Positions 54,186 to 63,913 of a stretch of 64,000 nucleotides of DNA are shown here, one piece after another. Source of the DNA: an uncultured delta proteobacterium (GTDB lineage Bacteria > Desulfobacterota > Zymogenia > Zymogenales > Zymogenaceae); NCBI GenBank assembly GCA_963735595.1, contig CAVTLK010000002.1:32001-96000 (forward strand). Direction: 5' to 3'. Numbering within the stretch: position 1 is the stretch's first letter; every line of letters starts with the position of its first letter. The translations under genes were made by a program, and so were the position numbers. A model generated the notes under the pieces. It was not told the DNA's origin and ran no database searches. It saw only the letters and a program-made list of their open reading frames with translations.

Positions 54186-54235
54186 CTCCTTGGTTTCCCC
54201 TCTATAGATAGATCCCAGAATTCTCTTTCCGATCC

Positions 54236-54275
54236 GGCCGCACGACCGGCCGAACAGTCGTGCGGCCCTTTTTTT
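54236..54275 (+). terminator. Intrinsic terminator
   Basis: GGCCGCACGAC/GTCGTGCGGCC 11-bp stem followed by a T-run. Confidence 0.85.
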
Positions 54276-54795
54276 ATCCCGCGTCGATAACGGAACGCGC
54301 GAACAAGCGCGCATTATTTTCGTCCTCGGCGTTGGGGCGGCCGGTCATCTTTTCGATGATCGCGTTCCACTCGTCGTCCGATACCTTCCGGGCCTTCTTG
54401 ACGTAGGGCTGGATATCCGGTGAGAGATACCCCTGGCAGTCGAAACAGCCGAGAAACGGTATCTGTTTTGCCCCGCTTATTGTCTCAAAGGACGCGATGC
54501 ACTTCTCGAATCCCGCCCTCTCGTAGGCCGACGACGCGTGGGTGATAAACCCGGCGAGCTTAAACGTTCCCTGCTGCGGCAGGCCGGTCAGAAAGGACTT
54601 CGCCTGCGCGGAGAGATCGCCCGCGTGGCAGGGCGAGCCGACGAAGACCAGATCATACGCCCCTGCCGCATCGGGCCCGGTTACGTCGATCGGCGCCAGG
54701 TCAACCTGATTGCCGGCGGCCAGCTCCTCATAGAGGGCAGCGGCGATCTTCCTGGTGTTGCCGGTCTGCGAAAAGAAGGCGATTAATATCTTCAT
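54274..54795 (-). CDS. Flavodoxin-family protein
   Basis: SQTGNTRKIA FMN loop, VFVGSP and FDCQG motifs. Confidence 0.88.
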   Translation of the reverse strand: MKILIAFFSQTGNTRKIAAALYEELAAGNQVDLAPIDVTGPDAAGAYDLVFVGSPCHAGDLSAQAKSFLTGLPQQGTFKLAGFITHASSAYERAGFEKCIASFETISGAKQIPFLGCFDCQGYLSPDIQPYVKKARKVSDDEWNAIIEKMTGRPNAEDENNARLFARSVIDAG

Positions 54796-54922
54796 CGTGC
54801 CGATTCCTCCGTATCCCGTCATTTACCCGTAGTGCTCTTGAAGCTCCCTGATTCCGACGGTTGACGCACAGGCGCCTGGTTACGGAGCCGAGCCTCGTGT
54901 CGATCCTATGTCTCCGTCGGGT

Positions 54923-56848
54923 TTACGCCCGCGCCAGGAGCGCACGCGCCACGTCCACCGCCTCAACGGCGTCCTTGGCCCAGCCGTCGGCTCCGATAGT
55001 GTCGGCAAACTTCTTGTTGAGGGGCGCCCCGCCGACCATCACCTTAACGTGGTCCCTCAACCCCTGTTCTTTGAGGGCCTCGATGATGACCTTCATCTGG
55101 TCCATCGTGGTGGTTAAGAGCGCCGAGAGGCCGAGGATATCGGGTTTTTCCTCGCGGACGCGGCGAATAAACTCCTGGCTGTCCACGTTGATGCCGATGT
55201 CAATCACCTCAAAGCCTACACCCTTGAGCATGATGGCCACCATGTTCTTGCCGATATCGTGCATATCCCCCCGGACGGTGCCGATGAGTACCCGGCGGCC
55301 TGTTTTGGCCCCGTCTGCGGCAAGCTGCGGCTCCAGCAGGACGAGCGCGGTGTTCATCGCCCTGGCAGAGAGCAGCACCTCTGGGATGAACAGGTCGCCG
55401 TCCTTGAAGCGGGTCCCAACGATCTCCATAGCCGGGATCATCCCGCGGTGGAGGATGTCATGGGCCGATGTCCCTTGATCCAAAAGCCCCCGGATACGGG
55501 CGAGGAGGGACTCGTCGTCACCCGAAATGATATCCTCCCGGACCCCCGAAAAGAGATCGTCGGCCCCGGCCGCCGGCGTTACCGATGTCCGCGCCTTCTC
55601 AAGCCGCTCGTCTGAGACCGGGTTGAACCCGCCCGCTGTGAGCGGGAGCATTCCCTCGGCCTGGACGCGCTCCGAGATCCGGACGAGCCGCTCGAAGACC
55701 GCCCTCGGCGGTGTGGAGTCGGCGGTGCCGAGGATGAGCCGGTCTCCCGGGGTAACGTTTTTAAAGAGGTTTGTGAGAAATGACTCGAACTCATCTTCGT
55801 CGGCCGTGTCGGCCGAGAGGATCGATTCGGGGATACCGCCCATGATGGTGAGCTTATCGCGCCAGCGCCGGTAATAGTCCTCGATCTTGACCTTGGTCAT
55901 CGGCCAGGGGGTTACGGATTCCGCCACGTGGACGCCCGAGTCGCGTATCAGGTCCATGAGGCCGAAGTTCTCCCCATCGGTATGGGTGGCGACGAGCTTG
56001 CCGCGCGCCCCGAGGTAATCGGAGACCTTTCGGAGCCAGGGGACGATCTCCATTTCAAAATAGGGCGGGTAGGTGAGCATGTCGTCGTAGTTGGCGCCCC
56101 AGAGCACCACTTCGGCGGGCGAGTTTCCCATGACGGCCAGCACCTTCTCGAAATAAACGGCGACGCTGTCGGCAAGACGCCGCATCTGGGCGGGGTGGTC
56201 ATTATACTCGTAATAGAAACGGGTTGGATCGAGGAACTCCTTCTGGATATGGTGCATGGGGGAGGCCGCCAGCGACGCGCCCCCGGCCGCCACAACTCCG
56301 TCGTCCCCGACTTCGTCCATGTACTGCTGCGCCGTCTCGTACTGCCCGAAGACGTCGATGTTTTCGAAGATATAGCCGACGATCTCGTAGTCCGAGGGTT
56401 TCTTGATGATGTGTTCCTGGGTCCAGCCGAGGGAGGCGCCCGCCCGCTGCATCTCTTCGGTGAGTCCCCCGGCGGTACGCACCGTGCCCTTGGGTGTATG
56501 ATAGGAGACGATCTGCTGGCCCGCCTCGCTCTTCACCTCGATCTCGATATCCTTCGAAAAACTCCAACCGTAGACCGACTGGATGAAATTGAAGAGACCT
56601 ATCGAGCGGTGAAGGATGTCGTCCGGACTCTTGATCATGTTTGTGAAATCGGGCACCATGTGGTAGCACGCCCACCCCTCCGCCCTGGCGATATCGTCGG
56701 GTTTCCTTCCCTTATGCCGCTCGGGGAGCGTGCCGCCCAGGTTATTGGCGATCCACCAGAGGTCAAGACGGGGGACAAAAGGGATCCGGTCGACCATCTC
56801 CCCCCTCATCGTCCTGAGAATTCTTTCTTTGTGGGTTAACGAGGTCAT
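54923..56848 (-). CDS. URO-D/MtaA-fold methyltransferase fused to corrinoid (B12-binding) protein
   Basis: N-terminal URO-D-like domain (HTDG, IMGGIP, LGTADSTP); C-terminal FIPEVL cap, GDMHDIGKN, SALLTTT and VGGAP motifs. Confidence 0.88.
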   Translation of the reverse strand: MTSLTHKERILRTMRGEMVDRIPFVPRLDLWWIANNLGGTLPERHKGRKPDDIARAEGWACYHMVPDFTNMIKSPDDILHRSIGLFNFIQSVYGWSFSKDIEIEVKSEAGQQIVSYHTPKGTVRTAGGLTEEMQRAGASLGWTQEHIIKKPSDYEIVGYIFENIDVFGQYETAQQYMDEVGDDGVVAAGGASLAASPMHHIQKEFLDPTRFYYEYNDHPAQMRRLADSVAVYFEKVLAVMGNSPAEVVLWGANYDDMLTYPPYFEMEIVPWLRKVSDYLGARGKLVATHTDGENFGLMDLIRDSGVHVAESVTPWPMTKVKIEDYYRRWRDKLTIMGGIPESILSADTADEDEFESFLTNLFKNVTPGDRLILGTADSTPPRAVFERLVRISERVQAEGMLPLTAGGFNPVSDERLEKARTSVTPAAGADDLFSGVREDIISGDDESLLARIRGLLDQGTSAHDILHRGMIPAMEIVGTRFKDGDLFIPEVLLSARAMNTALVLLEPQLAADGAKTGRRVLIGTVRGDMHDIGKNMVAIMLKGVGFEVIDIGINVDSQEFIRRVREEKPDILGLSALLTTTMDQMKVIIEALKEQGLRDHVKVMVGGAPLNKKFADTIGADGWAKDAVEAVDVARALLARA

Positions 56849-57157
56849 GGCAGGGCCTCCACTGATTGGGGACAATATAACACGCGGGCATATGTATCGG
56901 GGTATCGGGCATTGCGCGCCGATTGACAGCGTATTCCCGGCCATGATAACAAAAGAGATACGCCGTGGTCAAGCAATTACGGCGGTGGCGGCGGCGCCGG
57001 ACCTCCGGCACATTTCGATTGAAAAGCCACGCGCCCTTTGCTATAGTGATGCCGTCGGATTGGGTCCGCTTCTCCCCGTGCGAACGCTCCGCCACCTACC
57101 CTCACCGGGGAGGCATCCCATTTTTATATCTATAATCCCATTTTTCAGGAGCGTATT

Positions 57158-58819
57158 ATGAAGATCGTCAAGGGCTTCCCTTCCACGATGCAGGATGACT
57201 ACCAGCTCAATCTCATCAATCTCATCAAACACGGTGCCAGGAACTTTGAAAAGCAGCAGATCGTCTGCAAGGTCGGCGAGGAGATGTTCCGCTATACCTA
57301 CCTCGACGCGTACTTGAGGATTATGCGGTTCGGCAACGTACTCAAGAAGCTGGGGATCAAGGTCGGCGACAGGGTCGGCGTCATGGACTGGAACAGCTAC
57401 CGTAATTATGAGCTCTACTTTTCCATCCCCGGGTATGGGGCCGTTATGCTGCTGATGAACCTCAGGCTTGCCCCGCCCGATCTCGCGTATGTGGTCAACC
57501 ACGCCGAGACAAAGCTCGTTATCGTCGACGAGACGCTGGCACCCCTCGTGGAAATGGTCGCCCCCCAGCTCAAGACCGTCAAGGGGTACATCATCATCAC
57601 CGACAAGAAGCTCTCGGACATTCAGACGAAGCTCAAACCGGTGTACAGCTTCGAGGAGCTGCTGGCGGCCGAAAAGCCGGAGTATGACTGGCCGTTGATG
57701 GACGAAAAATCGGCATGCGCCGCCTGTTACACAACGGGAACGACCGGCAAACCGAAGGGCGTCTATTACTCCCACCGGAGCACCTACCTGCACGGCCTGG
57801 CGGTGGGGACGAACGCCGCACTCTCATACTCTGACTGTTTCTTCCAGTTGGTGCCGATGTTCCATGCGATGGGGTGGGGCGGGCCCTACTTTTCCACCAT
57901 GTGCGGCGCCAAATATGTACTGCCCGGCATGTATAACCTCCAGCGGCTGGACGAGCTGGCCCAGATCATCGTGGACGAGAAGGTCAATACGACGGCCGGG
58001 GCGCCGGCCCTCTTTATGCCGATGCTTGAATATATTAAAAAGCTCGACAAGAAACCCGATCTCAAGGGCGCCCGGTTCCTCTCCGGCGCTACCGAGCCGC
58101 CGCTGTCGATGATGAAGGACTACTGGGACCTGACCGGCGCCGAGGTGATACACGCCTACGGCGCAACGGAGACCTCGCCGCTGACCAGCATGAACCGACT
58201 CAAGCCGTGGCTTGCCGAAAAGATGACCGAGGACGAGCAGTGGGACATGCGCCGCAAGCAGGGATACGTGGTTACCGGCCTTGACGTCAAGCTCATGGAC
58301 CCGATGGGAAAGGAAGTGCCCCACGACGGCAAGACCCCGGGCGAGTTCTGCATCCGGGGACCGTGGGTCACCGGCAGCTACTATAACCCGGAGTCCCCCA
58401 GCACCCAGTTTTCCGAGGACGGCTACTGGAAGAGCGGCGACGCCGGCACCATGGACGAAGAGGGATACCTCAAGATCACCGACCGGGTCAAGGACATCAT
58501 CAAGAGCGGCGGCGAATGGATCTCGTCGGTGGATATGGAAAACGCCCTCGTGGCCCATCCGGCGGTGCTGGAGGCGGCCGTCGTCGGCGTTGCCCACCCG
58601 AAGTGGGAGGAGCGGCCGCTGGCGCTCGTCATCCTGCGGGATGAATACAAGGGCAAGGTTACCAGGGAAGACATCCACGATCACCTGCTCAAGTCGTTTT
58701 CCAAGTGGCAGCTTCCCGACGAGGTCATGTTCGTCAACGAGATCAGCAAGACCTCCGTGGGCAAGATCGACAAGAAGGTGGTCCGGGAGCAGTATAAGGA
58801 TACGTATACCAAGAAGTAG
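57158..58819 (+). CDS. Long/medium-chain fatty-acid-CoA ligase
   Basis: [36 protein letters not shown] and TSVGK motifs. Confidence 0.94.
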   Translation: MKIVKGFPSTMQDDYQLNLINLIKHGARNFEKQQIVCKVGEEMFRYTYLDAYLRIMRFGNVLKKLGIKVGDRVGVMDWNSYRNYELYFSIPGYGAVMLLMNLRLAPPDLAYVVNHAETKLVIVDETLAPLVEMVAPQLKTVKGYIIITDKKLSDIQTKLKPVYSFEELLAAEKPEYDWPLMDEKSACAACYTTGTTGKPKGVYYSHRSTYLHGLAVGTNAALSYSDCFFQLVPMFHAMGWGGPYFSTMCGAKYVLPGMYNLQRLDELAQIIVDEKVNTTAGAPALFMPMLEYIKKLDKKPDLKGARFLSGATEPPLSMMKDYWDLTGAEVIHAYGATETSPLTSMNRLKPWLAEKMTEDEQWDMRRKQGYVVTGLDVKLMDPMGKEVPHDGKTPGEFCIRGPWVTGSYYNPESPSTQFSEDGYWKSGDAGTMDEEGYLKITDRVKDIIKSGGEWISSVDMENALVAHPAVLEAAVVGVAHPKWEERPLALVILRDEYKGKVTREDIHDHLLKSFSKWQLPDEVMFVNEISKTSVGKIDKKVVREQYKDTYTKK

Positions 58820-58844
58820 GCCGGGCAGGATTGCCGCGAGGACG

Positions 58845-58887
58845 CGCGGGGAGCCCGTCAGTCTATTGCCCGTGAGGGCTCCCCGCG
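58845..58887. terminator. 12-bp GC-rich hairpin between ligase and oxidoreductase genes
   Basis: CGCGGGGAGCCC/GGGCTCCCCGCG; no clear U-tract. Confidence 0.5.
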
Positions 58888-58946
58888 GCGTTAGCGTATA
58901 TACTATTTACAGCCAACACGGGCGTGTTGAAGAGGAGGGGCAACAT

Positions 58947-59843
58947 ATGCAAAAACTACTTGATCTGCTCGGCTGTCGGTACCCCATTATCCAGGGACCG
59001 ATCGGCGCGTTGAACGGCCCCCGGCTGGTATCGGCGATCTCCGAGGCCGGCGGTTTCGGGATGCTGGCCCTCGGGTTTTCCGGGCCCGACGACGTCAGGC
59101 GCATGGTCTCCGAGGTCAGGGAGTTGACCGATAAGCCCTTCGGGGCAAATCTCATGATCATGAATCCCGCCAATAAAGAGAACCTCGAGGTACTGGCCGC
59201 GGCGGGCGTTGGGCTTGTCACGACGTCGGCGGGGTCCCCCAAGAAGATATTTCCGGACATCCATGCGCTCGGTATGAAGGGTCTCCACGTGCTGCTGTCT
59301 CTGCCCCACGCGCTGGCGGCCGAGGAGGCCGGGGCCGACGGGCTTGTTGTCTGCGGGGCAGAGGCGGGAGGCTTACGGTCGGTCAATCCCGAATCATCGA
59401 CGATGGTGCTGGTCCCGCTCGTGGTCGATCATGTAAAGATACCGGTAGTTGCCGCCGGCGGAATCGCCGACAGCCGGGGGTACCGTGCGGCCCTGGCGCT
59501 CGGCGCCCAGGGGGTCCAGGTGGGCACCCGCTTCATCGCCACCGATGAAAGTCCGGCTCCTCAGGCATGGAAAGACGCCATCGTAGGGTGCAGCGATGGC
59601 GGAACGGCGCTGCTGCCGCTGGGCAGGATGACGATGCGGACAATCATGAACGAGAAGCTGAGGGCGTTGATGAGTGACCCAACGGCTGATCTCGCGGCCG
59701 AATATAACTACATGAACGCGGGCAAGGCCTGGACGACGGGCGACTTCGATCTGTTCCCGGCAGGCTCAGGCGACGTGGCCGCCCTCATCAGAGACATAAA
59801 GCCGGCGGCCGATGTAATCCGGGAAATGGCCTCACAGGGATAG
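58947..59843 (+). CDS. Nitronate monooxygenase/FabK-like FMN oxidoreductase
   Basis: YPIIQG, KPFGAN, GAEAGG, VAAGGIAD and GTRF motifs. Confidence 0.9.
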   Translation: MQKLLDLLGCRYPIIQGPIGALNGPRLVSAISEAGGFGMLALGFSGPDDVRRMVSEVRELTDKPFGANLMIMNPANKENLEVLAAAGVGLVTTSAGSPKKIFPDIHALGMKGLHVLLSLPHALAAEEAGADGLVVCGAEAGGLRSVNPESSTMVLVPLVVDHVKIPVVAAGGIADSRGYRAALALGAQGVQVGTRFIATDESPAPQAWKDAIVGCSDGGTALLPLGRMTMRTIMNEKLRALMSDPTADLAAEYNYMNAGKAWTTGDFDLFPAGSGDVAALIRDIKPAADVIREMASQG

Positions 59844-59923
59844 GCGTCCCATTCGGGGGAAGGCCGCGCGAGCTCAGCCCCGGACGTTTACACGAAGCCG
59901 TACATCAGAGAGGAGCAAACGCC

Positions 59924-60772
59924 ATGCCGTTGGTATCGATCATCGAAACGCTCAGGAAGGCCTCGTTGGGCCGCTTTGCCGTCCCCCTCTTTGATGCCTT
60001 CGAGATGAACGCGGTCGAGGGGATCATCGCCGCGGCCGAGGAGAAGAGGGCGCCGGTCATCATCGCGATCTACGACGCCCTGTTATTACTTCCGACGGTG
60101 TCGTCATACGCCGCCTTTATCCGGGACGTTGCGGCCCGATCGCCGGTGCCGGTTTCCCTCATGCTCGATCACGGATCGAGCCCCGAGCGCTGCGACCGGG
60201 CGCTCTCGCTCGGGTTCACGGATGTCATGTACGACGGGTCAAAGCTCCCGATCGAGGAGAATATCGCGTCCACCGGGAGTGTCGTCATCGCGGCCCGGAA
60301 GACAGGCGCCGGGGTGGAGGCGGAATTGGGCCACGTGGGCGAGGGCTCGAACTACGAGGCGTTCGGGGCCGCCCGTGAAGGCTTCACCGATCCCGCGACC
60401 GTTTCGCGCTTCGTGGCCGATACCGGCTGCGACGTCCTGGCGGTAGCCGTCGGTACCGCCCACGGCCGCTACAAGGGGGCGCCTCATATCGACATTGACC
60501 TCCTGGCGCACATTCGGCGCGAGACCGACGCGCCGCTGGCGCTCCACGGCGGAACAGGGCTCTCCGAACGGCAGTACCGGGACGCGATCGACGCCGGGAT
60601 CGCCAAGATCAACATCGCCACGGACCTTCTGGGGGTTGCGACAGAAATGATGACCGAGGCCGCCCGGCAGCCGGAAGCATCGTATCTCGGAATGGTTGCC
60701 GCCGCCAAACAGGCGCATCGGGAGCGGTGTTCGTACTATTTCGACCTCTTCGGGGCGTCGGAAAAAGGATAA
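59924..60772 (+). CDS. Class II fructose/tagatose-bisphosphate aldolase
   Basis: LDHG, YDGS, VEAELG, GTAHG, LHGGTG and KINI motifs. Confidence 0.93.
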   Translation: MPLVSIIETLRKASLGRFAVPLFDAFEMNAVEGIIAAAEEKRAPVIIAIYDALLLLPTVSSYAAFIRDVAARSPVPVSLMLDHGSSPERCDRALSLGFTDVMYDGSKLPIEENIASTGSVVIAARKTGAGVEAELGHVGEGSNYEAFGAAREGFTDPATVSRFVADTGCDVLAVAVGTAHGRYKGAPHIDIDLLAHIRRETDAPLALHGGTGLSERQYRDAIDAGIAKINIATDLLGVATEMMTEAARQPEASYLGMVAAAKQAHRERCSYYFDLFGASEKG

Positions 60773-60782
60773 TGGACGGTTT

Positions 60783-61667
60783 ATGGAAATAGAGCAGGTT
60801 GAATTTTCCGGGAGCCCGAACTGCTACGCGTGCCGCATTGGGGACAAGAGCCTTGTAATCACCGCGGATTTCGGCCCGCGGATCATCTCTCTTGCGGCCG
60901 GCGGCGGCCCCAACGTATTGTTCGTGGACGAAGGCAGGGGCATGGGCAGCGGGGGATGGCTCCTCTACGGGGGACATCGCCTCTGGATCGCTCCGGAGAC
61001 CCGGTCTACCTACGCGCCGGATAACGGGCAGTGCCGGGTGGAATCGGACGGCGGGCGCCTGACCGTCACCACGCTCGACGAGGCGCTGATGCTCGAAAAA
61101 TCGATTACCGTCTCCGAGCGTGGGGGAGATTTTCTCGTCGCGCATACGGCCGTCAACCGGTCAGATACGCTTGTCGTCGGCGCGATCTGGGCGCTGACCT
61201 GTGTTGTGCCGCGGTGCACGGTCTTTTTCCCCTGGGGGACGGGGGGCGACTGGGACCTGAAGAAGATCGTCTACTGGAAACGGTGGATGAACCATACGAC
61301 GGACGTGGGAGGTTCCCAGTACATCCCCACGGACGACCTCTTTCTGGTCAGGCCGGACGGCTCGGAGGGGAAGGTCGGGACGTCCGGCACCGAGGGATTC
61401 ATCGGGGTTGCCGGGGCGGACTATACCTTCGTCAAGCGGTTTGACCGCATAGCATCCGCCCCCTACTATGACGAGGACTGTGCCGTCCAGTGTTACACCT
61501 GCGCGGACTTCGTGGAGCTTGAGACCCTCTCTCCCACGTATACGCTTTTCCCGAACAGGCCGGTTATTCACGAGGAGGAATGGATCGTCCGGGCTACGGC
61601 AGTCGACCCCGCCGACGGGCAGGCGGTCCGCCGGCTGATCGGTATGCGGGGAAACGGGCCGTCATAG
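60783..61667 (+). CDS. Hypothetical protein, probable galactose-mutarotase-like fold
   Basis: GPRII, YGGHRLW.APE, YAPDN and ELETLSP motifs; follows the aldolase. Confidence 0.65.
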   Translation: MEIEQVEFSGSPNCYACRIGDKSLVITADFGPRIISLAAGGGPNVLFVDEGRGMGSGGWLLYGGHRLWIAPETRSTYAPDNGQCRVESDGGRLTVTTLDEALMLEKSITVSERGGDFLVAHTAVNRSDTLVVGAIWALTCVVPRCTVFFPWGTGGDWDLKKIVYWKRWMNHTTDVGGSQYIPTDDLFLVRPDGSEGKVGTSGTEGFIGVAGADYTFVKRFDRIASAPYYDEDCAVQCYTCADFVELETLSPTYTLFPNRPVIHEEEWIVRATAVDPADGQAVRRLIGMRGNGPS

Positions 61668-61706
61668 AGGTCGTCCGCAAAAAGAAGTCCGACCGGCCGC
61701 GCACGG

Positions 61707-62519
61707 TTACTTCTCTTTTACCAGCTTCCGGGCGCGGGCAAGCTGCTGTTTGATCTCGACGCTGTCCGGAGAGAGCGAAAGGGCGCGCTCGAGGGCGTCG
61801 ACGGCCTCCTCGGGGTCCCCGGTTTCGATATGGGCGATCCCAAGATTGTACCAGGCGTCGTGGTGCTTGGGAGAGAGCTCCACCGCCCGGCTCAAAAGAT
61901 TAAGCGCCCGCTTGGCGTCGCCCAGGGCACCCGCGGCCGTTCCGAGCGCGAACAGGGCCTCGGGATCCTCGGGCCGGAACCGTAAGACATACTCGGCCCT
62001 CGTCCCGGCGGCTTCCCACTGTTGCCACCGGAGGGCGCTCCTGATCCCGGTCAGCTCAACGTCGAGCTCCTGACCGCTCGGGACACGGGCGGCTGCCGGC
62101 CCGAACTCCCTCTCGAATACGCGTACCACCTCCCCTACGGCCTCCTCGGGGCCCGCCGCTGTCAGCTCGAGGTAGCGCGGCTCAAACCAGCTTCGCTCGC
62201 AGATAATCGAAAGCTCAGTTCCTTCCGGCAGCCCGTAGGCCCGGACCGAGACGGAGCTCGCGGCAATTCCGTCGTATCGGGGCTCGATGGTCTGGCCGAA
62301 CGTGACGGCAAAACCGCGCTTTTTGTCTCCCCGGCTCCATCCCCGTTTGGTCCAGTAACGCTCTTCGCCCTCCGGCTCGACCCACTCCGGGGTCCGGGTC
62401 GGTGGGGGACTAAAATCGGGGGACAGGAGTGCGGCGCCTTTTTCGGCAAAGCCCAGCAACGTCTCGTAATCGCTGTCATACGCCTTGAAGGGCTGGTAGC
62501 GGATCGTCTTTTTGGCCAT
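61707..62519 (-). CDS. Hypothetical protein with C-terminal TPRs
   Basis: ALFALG, AWYNLGIA and ALSLSP TPR pattern. Confidence 0.8.
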   Translation of the reverse strand: MAKKTIRYQPFKAYDSDYETLLGFAEKGAALLSPDFSPPPTRTPEWVEPEGEERYWTKRGWSRGDKKRGFAVTFGQTIEPRYDGIAASSVSVRAYGLPEGTELSIICERSWFEPRYLELTAAGPEEAVGEVVRVFEREFGPAAARVPSGQELDVELTGIRSALRWQQWEAAGTRAEYVLRFRPEDPEALFALGTAAGALGDAKRALNLLSRAVELSPKHHDAWYNLGIAHIETGDPEEAVDALERALSLSPDSVEIKQQLARARKLVKEK

Positions 62520-62679
62520 GGCATTTCCCGAATGTATCGAGCGGAGATATCCAAACCGTTACGATTTGAGTATACGCCGCGATCGGGCGGCGGTCAAGAT
62601 GCGGGGGAGCTGTATTACGCGCACCCGTCCGCGTACGAAGAGTATGGATTTACCGCATTATATCTGGTACTATATAGAT

Positions 62680-63027
62680 ATGAAGCTCTCCGAGGACATC
62701 CGTGCGCTCCTGATCTTCATGGTGGTGATGGCGGCCATCGGCGGGGTTATCGTCATGGCGATCGTCGTCGCGCCGATGATCAACAAGTACCCCCAGGTAT
62801 CGCTGCGGCTGATCGTTGCCGTCCTGCTGACGTTCGTCAGCGCGAAGTTTCTCTTCTACATCTCCGAGGCGCTGCTGATCGTCATAGGGAAAAGAAGCGC
62901 CCGGGCCGAGGCCAGGATCCGCTCCGCTCACCCTGCCCTCCGGCGAACCGCTATCTTGCTTGCGATCGGGGCGACCTTCGTATGCTGGTATTTCATCTTT
63001 GCCTACCTCAAGGGGATTTTCGGATAG
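62680..63027 (+). CDS. Hypothetical membrane protein (about 3 TM)
   Basis: Hydrophobic segments in ORF 62512..63027; start at 62680 chosen by composition. Confidence 0.65.
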   Translation: MKLSEDIRALLIFMVVMAAIGGVIVMAIVVAPMINKYPQVSLRLIVAVLLTFVSAKFLFYISEALLIVIGKRSARAEARIRSAHPALRRTAILLAIGATFVCWYFIFAYLKGIFG

Positions 63028-63099
63028 CCCGCGGCCCCAACTCCCGCGAGAACCCTGTGACACGCCGCTGTTTCTTGCCCTTATGTCAGTATTTTTTTC

Positions 63100-63158
63100 T
63101 TGACTTCAGCCACCTTGGATACTATACTGCAAAGTACTTTGTAACGCAAAGTACTTTA
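63100..63158 (+). promoter_or_regulatory. Sigma70 promoter with tandem palindromic operators
   Basis: TTGACT-17 nt-TATACT followed by GCAAAGTACTTT at 63129 and 63146. Confidence 0.75.
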
Positions 63159-63177
63159 TTACTGTTTCCCGTGGAGG

Positions 63178-63861
63178 ATGGTCTCAATGGACAAGAGAGG
63201 AAACCGCCCGGATATCGGCACGGCGGCAAGCAAACCGACGGGACGCCGGCCGGCGGCAGGCGGGGGCGATGTCCACATGGATACCCTGAACCGGGCGATC
63301 GGCGACGTCCGGTATATCCGCGACCTCCTTGACGCCTCTCACGACTTTTTTGTCTCCGGCTGGTCCGGGGTGGCGGCGGGGATTGTCACCGTGGCGGGGG
63401 CGGCGGTTACCGCGCTGGTCATGGCACATCCCGAGCGCTGGGATATCCCCAAAACTCTCTGGGCGCTCTGGGCCGTCGTCGGTATCCTCCTCGCATTATC
63501 TGATTTCATCTTCTTCGCGCGGCGCTGCCGGGAGGTCGGCCGGCCGATAATCTCCGGGCTCCTGGTAAAGATCGTCGCTTCCGAACTCGTCATGGCCGCC
63601 CAGGGGCTTATCCTGACCCTTGTCTTCATCAAGATATCTATGCCTGAATATATCCCCGCGGCGTGGCTCCTGGGCTTCGGCGCCACGTTTACCGCGCTGG
63701 GCCTCTATATCCCCGGGGGGCTATGGGTGCTCGGGGTGACCACGATCGTCGCCTCTGTCGCGGCCTTTATCGTCCCGGCGGGCGGGATCTGGTGCGTCGG
63801 GTTCGCGGGAGGCGCGATGTGTCTCTGGGGGGCGGCCTACCTGATCACCCGCGGCAGGTGA
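63178..63861 (+). CDS. Hypothetical multi-pass membrane protein
   Basis: About 6 TM; DVRYIRDLL...SGWSG..AG N-terminal pattern. Confidence 0.75.
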   Translation: MVSMDKRGNRPDIGTAASKPTGRRPAAGGGDVHMDTLNRAIGDVRYIRDLLDASHDFFVSGWSGVAAGIVTVAGAAVTALVMAHPERWDIPKTLWALWAVVGILLALSDFIFFARRCREVGRPIISGLLVKIVASELVMAAQGLILTLVFIKISMPEYIPAAWLLGFGATFTALGLYIPGGLWVLGVTTIVASVAAFIVPAGGIWCVGFAGGAMCLWGAAYLITRGR

Positions 63862-63913
63862 CGCGTGTCTCAGATTCGTCCGATTGTTGTCCGTTAGAAA
63901 GGAGTATAAAACC

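Noticed and set aside
56849..57157. Cobalamin riboswitch upstream of the corrinoid fusion
   Set aside because: No convincing B12-box or GGGAA/AGYC core found by eye on the minus strand
62022..63332. 436-aa plus-strand ORF
   Set aside because: Overlaps three better-supported genes and a promoter; Arg/Gly/Pro-rich off-frame composition
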